From the NCBI GenBank assembly GCA_039024555.1, contig JBCCQQ010000024.1, forward strand, positions 15,149 to 79,148: a stretch of 64,000 bases of DNA, in the 5' to 3' direction. This document shows, in pieces, positions 60,451 to 64,000 of the stretch. The stretch comes from Cyanobacteria bacterium P01_D01_bin.156. Lineage in GTDB: Bacteria; Cyanobacteriota; Cyanobacteriia; Phormidesmidales; Phormidesmidaceae. Positions within the stretch are counted from its first letter, which is position 1, and every line of letters starts with the position of its first letter. The notes under the pieces are model-generated. The model was not told where the DNA came from, made no database searches, and was given only the letters and a program-made list of their open reading frames with translations. The position numbers and the translations under genes are program-made.

Positions 60451-63400
60451 ATGACTATTCTTCACGTCGATTCTTCTGGGAATGCTATTGGTTTAGCTAA
60501 TGCTTCAGATGGTTCTTTGCCGACTGATTTATTGGCAATTGAAGGGAGTAATCAACCACCAAGTTCGGTAGGTTCAGATATCAGTTTTGCGTCCCTTGAA
60601 ACAAATTCAGCCTTTTTAACTGGTACAGAAAATGGCATTTTCACAGTAGATCAGAATGATTGGATCTATGTCGATTTTCTTTTAGACGGAGGAAGTTATC
60701 AGGGGCAGGTTGGTTTCTTTAGCCTGGCAGAAATGGCTCAGTACTATAATGATCTAGATGCTTTTACTGCTGAGGCAATTGATCGAGTAACTGGTGATGA
60801 TCCTAGTCTTGGTGGCATTGTAATTAACGACCATCAGCATGGAGCACGCTTTGGTGGCGATTTTGAGGAGTATGAGGCACGGAATTGGGATAAGGGTGCC
60901 CCCGATGAGGTTAAAGGGTTTTATCTAGGTGCAGGAACCCAATTTGCCTTTGTGCTGATGCCTGACGGTACATTTGAAGGATCTAAGGCCGATCCACTAT
61001 TTTCTATTGCTGAGGCTAACCCTAGGAGAGAAGTTCATTTCACTGATGTTACAGGTGATGGGCTTATTTTTAGCATTGAAGATCTACAGTCTGATCATGT
61101 ATGGGCTGACCAAGACTACAACGATATAGTCTTTGCACTCAAAGGTGCATCTGGAAATGTCAATCCTTTTGAAAGCGTTGCCGATTCTACCCAAGATTGG
61201 AGAGACTCTGATTCAGGTCAGCAGGCAACACAATATTATTTTGATCCACGTGATTTTCTTTCAACAACTCCAGGAGGAGCTAAGTATAAACCTGGTGAAC
61301 TCAATCTCAAAATTGATCCTGATTTAATAGATATTAAAAATCTAGAAAAAACCTTAGGTGCACTTGGGGCAAAACGTACTTTGCCTGACGCTCAACCGTC
61401 TGAACTAGGTCTACATAATCTTTGGACACTTCAGTTTAAGCCTGATATCGACTTGATCCCTATTTATGAGAGTCTCCAATCAGAACAAGGAATTCTCTCT
61501 GTTGGCTTCAATGAACTGGTGATTGCTGATGCACCCCAGCAGGCTCCACCCAACGATCCACTGTATACCAGTGCTAACAATGATGATTTTTGGGGATTGG
61601 AGGCCATTGAAGCACCCCAAGCATGGACATATCAAACAGGTAATGCAAATGTTAAAGTTGCTGTTCTAGATACTGGAATTGACTACAATCATGATGACTT
61701 AAAAGGTAATATTTGGACAGGACGTGATCAAAATAATCAGCCTTACCACGGCAAATCTTTTCTAAATGGAGTTGAAACTAATAATCCTCTAGAAACAAGC
61801 AATAGTCACGGCAATTTGGTATCCGGTATTATTGGTGCTGTTGGATATAACGGCAAAGGCCTTCTTGGGAGCAGTCCTGAAGTTACTCTTTTAGGTGTTA
61901 AAGCGTTATCAAATAATTTGCTTGGGAGTGGGACCGATCCGTCTGTAAGTTATGGCTGGATGAATGATGTCGCCAATGGAATCATTTTTGCAGCTAATCA
62001 AGATGTAGATATTATCAATGCCAGCTTTAGTTCTGTTTATGATCCAAATAGTTCTCCTAATGACTCGGACAATGCAGAGACATTAAAAGATTCGATTGCT
62101 TATGCCAGTGATACATTATTTGTGACTTCAGCAGGACAATCCTTTAACACTAGCGATAATAATTTTGAGCCAGGTCAAAATATTGACACGGGTTACTTTT
62201 ATCCCAGCCGCTTTGATCTAAATAATATTGTTTCTGTTACAGCCACCGTAGAAAATCCAGATGGTGAAGAGATTGCTCAAAGGTCTAGTTCTGGCACTAT
62301 TGTTGTAAATTATGGTCCCCAAACAGTTCATTTAGCCGCTCCAGGAACGACCCAAAGTACCATTGGAGGAAATCAATATGGACCTGCAGAGAAGCATTTT
62401 ACTTCCTATGCTGCAGCGTTTGTTTCGGGAGCGGCAGCTGTACTTCTGGCAGAGAACCCAACACTTTCTCCAGAAGATCTTAAAGATATCCTGATGGAAA
62501 CGGGTGATTCTCTACCAAGTCTGAGTGATACTACAATCAGTGGTAATCGTTTGAATTTACGTCAGGCCGTGTTAGATCCTAGGGTCAATGTGCAACCTCA
62601 AGCAACAAATCTGAATACTCCCCAGGCTTATACTGAAGATACGCCTCTGGATTTAGAAGATATTGTTATTACTGATTTAGATAGTTTTGTGGAGCAAGTG
62701 ACTTTGCAATTGTCTGATCCGGCAGCAGGTAGATTGTCTACACCAGCAGTGGGAACGGCGGCTGCGACTTTTGATGCGAGCACTGGTCTCTGGTCAGCCA
62801 CAGGAGATTTGGATGATATTAATGCTGTATTGGCTCAACTAGAGTTTTTGCCAACTCTCAACCTCAGTGGTGATCTTTCTATTGATGTCACATTAGAAGA
62901 TAATATCTCAGATGCTATTACCGGTACTATTGACTTGACTGGAATTGCAGTTAATGATCCGCCAGATAACATTAGTCTTTCGAATTCATCAGTAACAGAG
63001 AATACTCCTGGCGATATCTTAGGTACGCTGTCGGCAACAGACGTTGATAGTGAAAGCTTTACTTTCAGTGTGGATGATTCTCGATTTGAAATCGTGGATA
63101 ACCAGCTGAAGCTTAAGGATGATGAAAATTTAGACTTTGAAGCTGAGCCTCAGATTACGCTGAATATCACCGTAGAAGACGATGGAACACCTGCGGCAAG
63201 CCGCACTCAAGAGTTAACATTTGATGTTCTTAATGCAGAAGTTCCTGCGGATCTATCTGGACTTGAATTTAATGTGGTTCAAGAACCACTGGATGCAGGT
63301 GATAGTTTCAATGTAGAATTCAGACTTCAAAATACTGGTAATGGGGATGCTGGCCCATTTACCGTTGATTTCTATATATCAACTAATGACTTTATCAGCA

Positions 63401-64000
63401 CCAACGACCAGAAACTGGGTAGCTATACCGTTAGTAGTCTGATAGACAACAGTATCTCTGAAGAGTTTAATCTCCAGCTTCAATTACCTGCTAGGGGAAG
63501 TTCTTTCTGGCTTACACAAGGGGATGGCCAATACCATATTGGCATGGTTGTTGATTCTGGGAATTCGGTCACTGAGACCAGTGAATCTAACAATCAAAAT
63601 AACGGTGAGTTTGCTGATTATGACGGTCTTCTTTTAGACGATACTTTGCTTAACGTTTATTCTCATAGCGCCGACTTCACTGATTTCACACAGACAATCG
63701 AAGAGAGATGGGAGGATGGATTTGACCTGATTGATGTTGAGTATGGTAACGGTACCTGGTTCGGGGTGTTTAACCAAAGTAACGAGCGCCAAGGCTTTTT
63801 TAATCGTAACGACTTTACTGACTTCACACAGACAATCGAAGAGTGGTGGGAGGATGGATTTGACCTGATTGATGTTGAGTATGGTAACGGTACCTGGTTC
63901 GGGGTATTTAACCAAAGTAACGAGCGCCAAGGCTTTTTTAATCGTAACGACTTTACTGACTTCACACAGACAATCGAAGAGTGGTGGGAGGATGGATTTG
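60451..64000 (+). CDS. Large extracellular S8 (subtilase) protein with DUF4114-like, cadherin-like and CARDB-like domains and tandem repeats; 3'-truncated by window edge
   Basis: Open frame from ATG 60451 to window end, absent from the track; VAVLDTGIDYNH, SHGNLVSGIIGA, HLAAPG and TSYAAAFVSGAAA; DQDYND; LDFE; ETSESNN. Confidence 0.85.
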   Translation, partial: MTILHVDSSGNAIGLANASDGSLPTDLLAIEGSNQPPSSVGSDISFASLETNSAFLTGTENGIFTVDQNDWIYVDFLLDGGSYQGQVGFFSLAEMAQYYNDLDAFTAEAIDRVTGDDPSLGGIVINDHQHGARFGGDFEEYEARNWDKGAPDEVKGFYLGAGTQFAFVLMPDGTFEGSKADPLFSIAEANPRREVHFTDVTGDGLIFSIEDLQSDHVWADQDYNDIVFALKGASGNVNPFESVADSTQDWRDSDSGQQATQYYFDPRDFLSTTPGGAKYKPGELNLKIDPDLIDIKNLEKTLGALGAKRTLPDAQPSELGLHNLWTLQFKPDIDLIPIYESLQSEQGILSVGFNELVIADAPQQAPPNDPLYTSANNDDFWGLEAIEAPQAWTYQTGNANVKVAVLDTGIDYNHDDLKGNIWTGRDQNNQPYHGKSFLNGVETNNPLETSNSHGNLVSGIIGAVGYNGKGLLGSSPEVTLLGVKALSNNLLGSGTDPSVSYGWMNDVANGIIFAANQDVDIINASFSSVYDPNSSPNDSDNAETLKDSIAYASDTLFVTSAGQSFNTSDNNFEPGQNIDTGYFYPSRFDLNNIVSVTATVENPDGEEIAQRSSSGTIVVNYGPQTVHLAAPGTTQSTIGGNQYGPAEKHFTSYAAAFVSGAAAVLLAENPTLSPEDLKDILMETGDSLPSLSDTTISGNRLNLRQAVLDPRVNVQPQATNLNTPQAYTEDTPLDLEDIVITDLDSFVEQVTLQLSDPAAGRLSTPAVGTAAATFDASTGLWSATGDLDDINAVLAQLEFLPTLNLSGDLSIDVTLEDNISDAITGTIDLTGIAVNDPPDNISLSNSSVTENTPGDILGTLSATDVDSESFTFSVDDSRFEIVDNQLKLKDDENLDFEAEPQITLNITVEDDGTPAASRTQELTFDVLNAEVPADLSGLEFNVVQEPLDAGDSFNVEFRLQNTGNGDAGPFTVDFYISTNDFISTNDQKLGSYTVSSLIDNSISEEFNLQLQLPARGSSFWLTQGDGQYHIGMVVDSGNSVTETSESNNQNNGEFADYDGLLLDDTLLNVYSHSADFTDFTQTIEERWEDGFDLIDVEYGNGTWFGVFNQSNERQGFFNRNDFTDFTQTIEEWWEDGFDLIDVEYGNGTWFGVFNQSNERQGFFNRNDFTDFTQTIEEWWEDGF
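63673..64000 (+). repeat. 138-bp tandem repeat (46 aa) inside the subtilase gene
   Basis: Units start at 63673, 63811 and 63949 and encode DFTDFTQTIEE(R/W)WEDGFDLIDVEYGNGTWFGVFNQSNERQGFFNRN. Confidence 0.9.

Noticed and set aside
63634..63965. Minus-strand ORFs over the repeats
   Set aside because: Shadows of the plus-strand subtilase repeat region
63673..64000. Tandem repeats as a CRISPR array
   Set aside because: 138-bp units with no unique spacers, lying in frame within a coding sequence; no cas genes

Overview
Cyanobacterial DNA, judged from recurrent HIP1 GCGATCGC octamers and cyanobacteria-typical gene families. Bases 1-11.4 kb are housekeeping or metabolic genes: the 3' end of a lipoxygenase, desA, a WecB/TagA glycosyltransferase, an aldo/keto reductase, a GH10 glycoside hydrolase split by one in-frame TAG, and a BMP-type ABC uptake operon. 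About 16.6-53.5 kb is a largely complete contractile injection system (eCIS/CIS) island. It encodes a sheath, three tube paralogues, a CIS tube initiator, VgrG, PAAR, gp25, two baseplate proteins, a DUF4255 cap, an AAA ATPase and two tail-assembly chaperones. One chaperone appears to need a -1 ribosomal frameshift to reach a start-less DUF6760-like frame. Three DUF4157 cargo proteins carry different C-terminal modules: an RNase A-like toxin with an adjacent immunity gene, a putative new papain-fold Cys-His-Asp domain, and a CHAP plus nuclease protein. A membrane pseudokinase/solute-binding protein and an uncalled 46-aa gene lie inside the structural operon. A STAND-WD40 NTPase, a sigma-70-like gene and DUF1822 flank the core. 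After a decayed IS1 come a Ser/Thr kinase-PhnD fusion, a GT4 enzyme, a TpsB transporter and a large subtilase/cadherin/repeat protein that runs off the window. All family assignments come from motifs recognised by eye, not from database searches.
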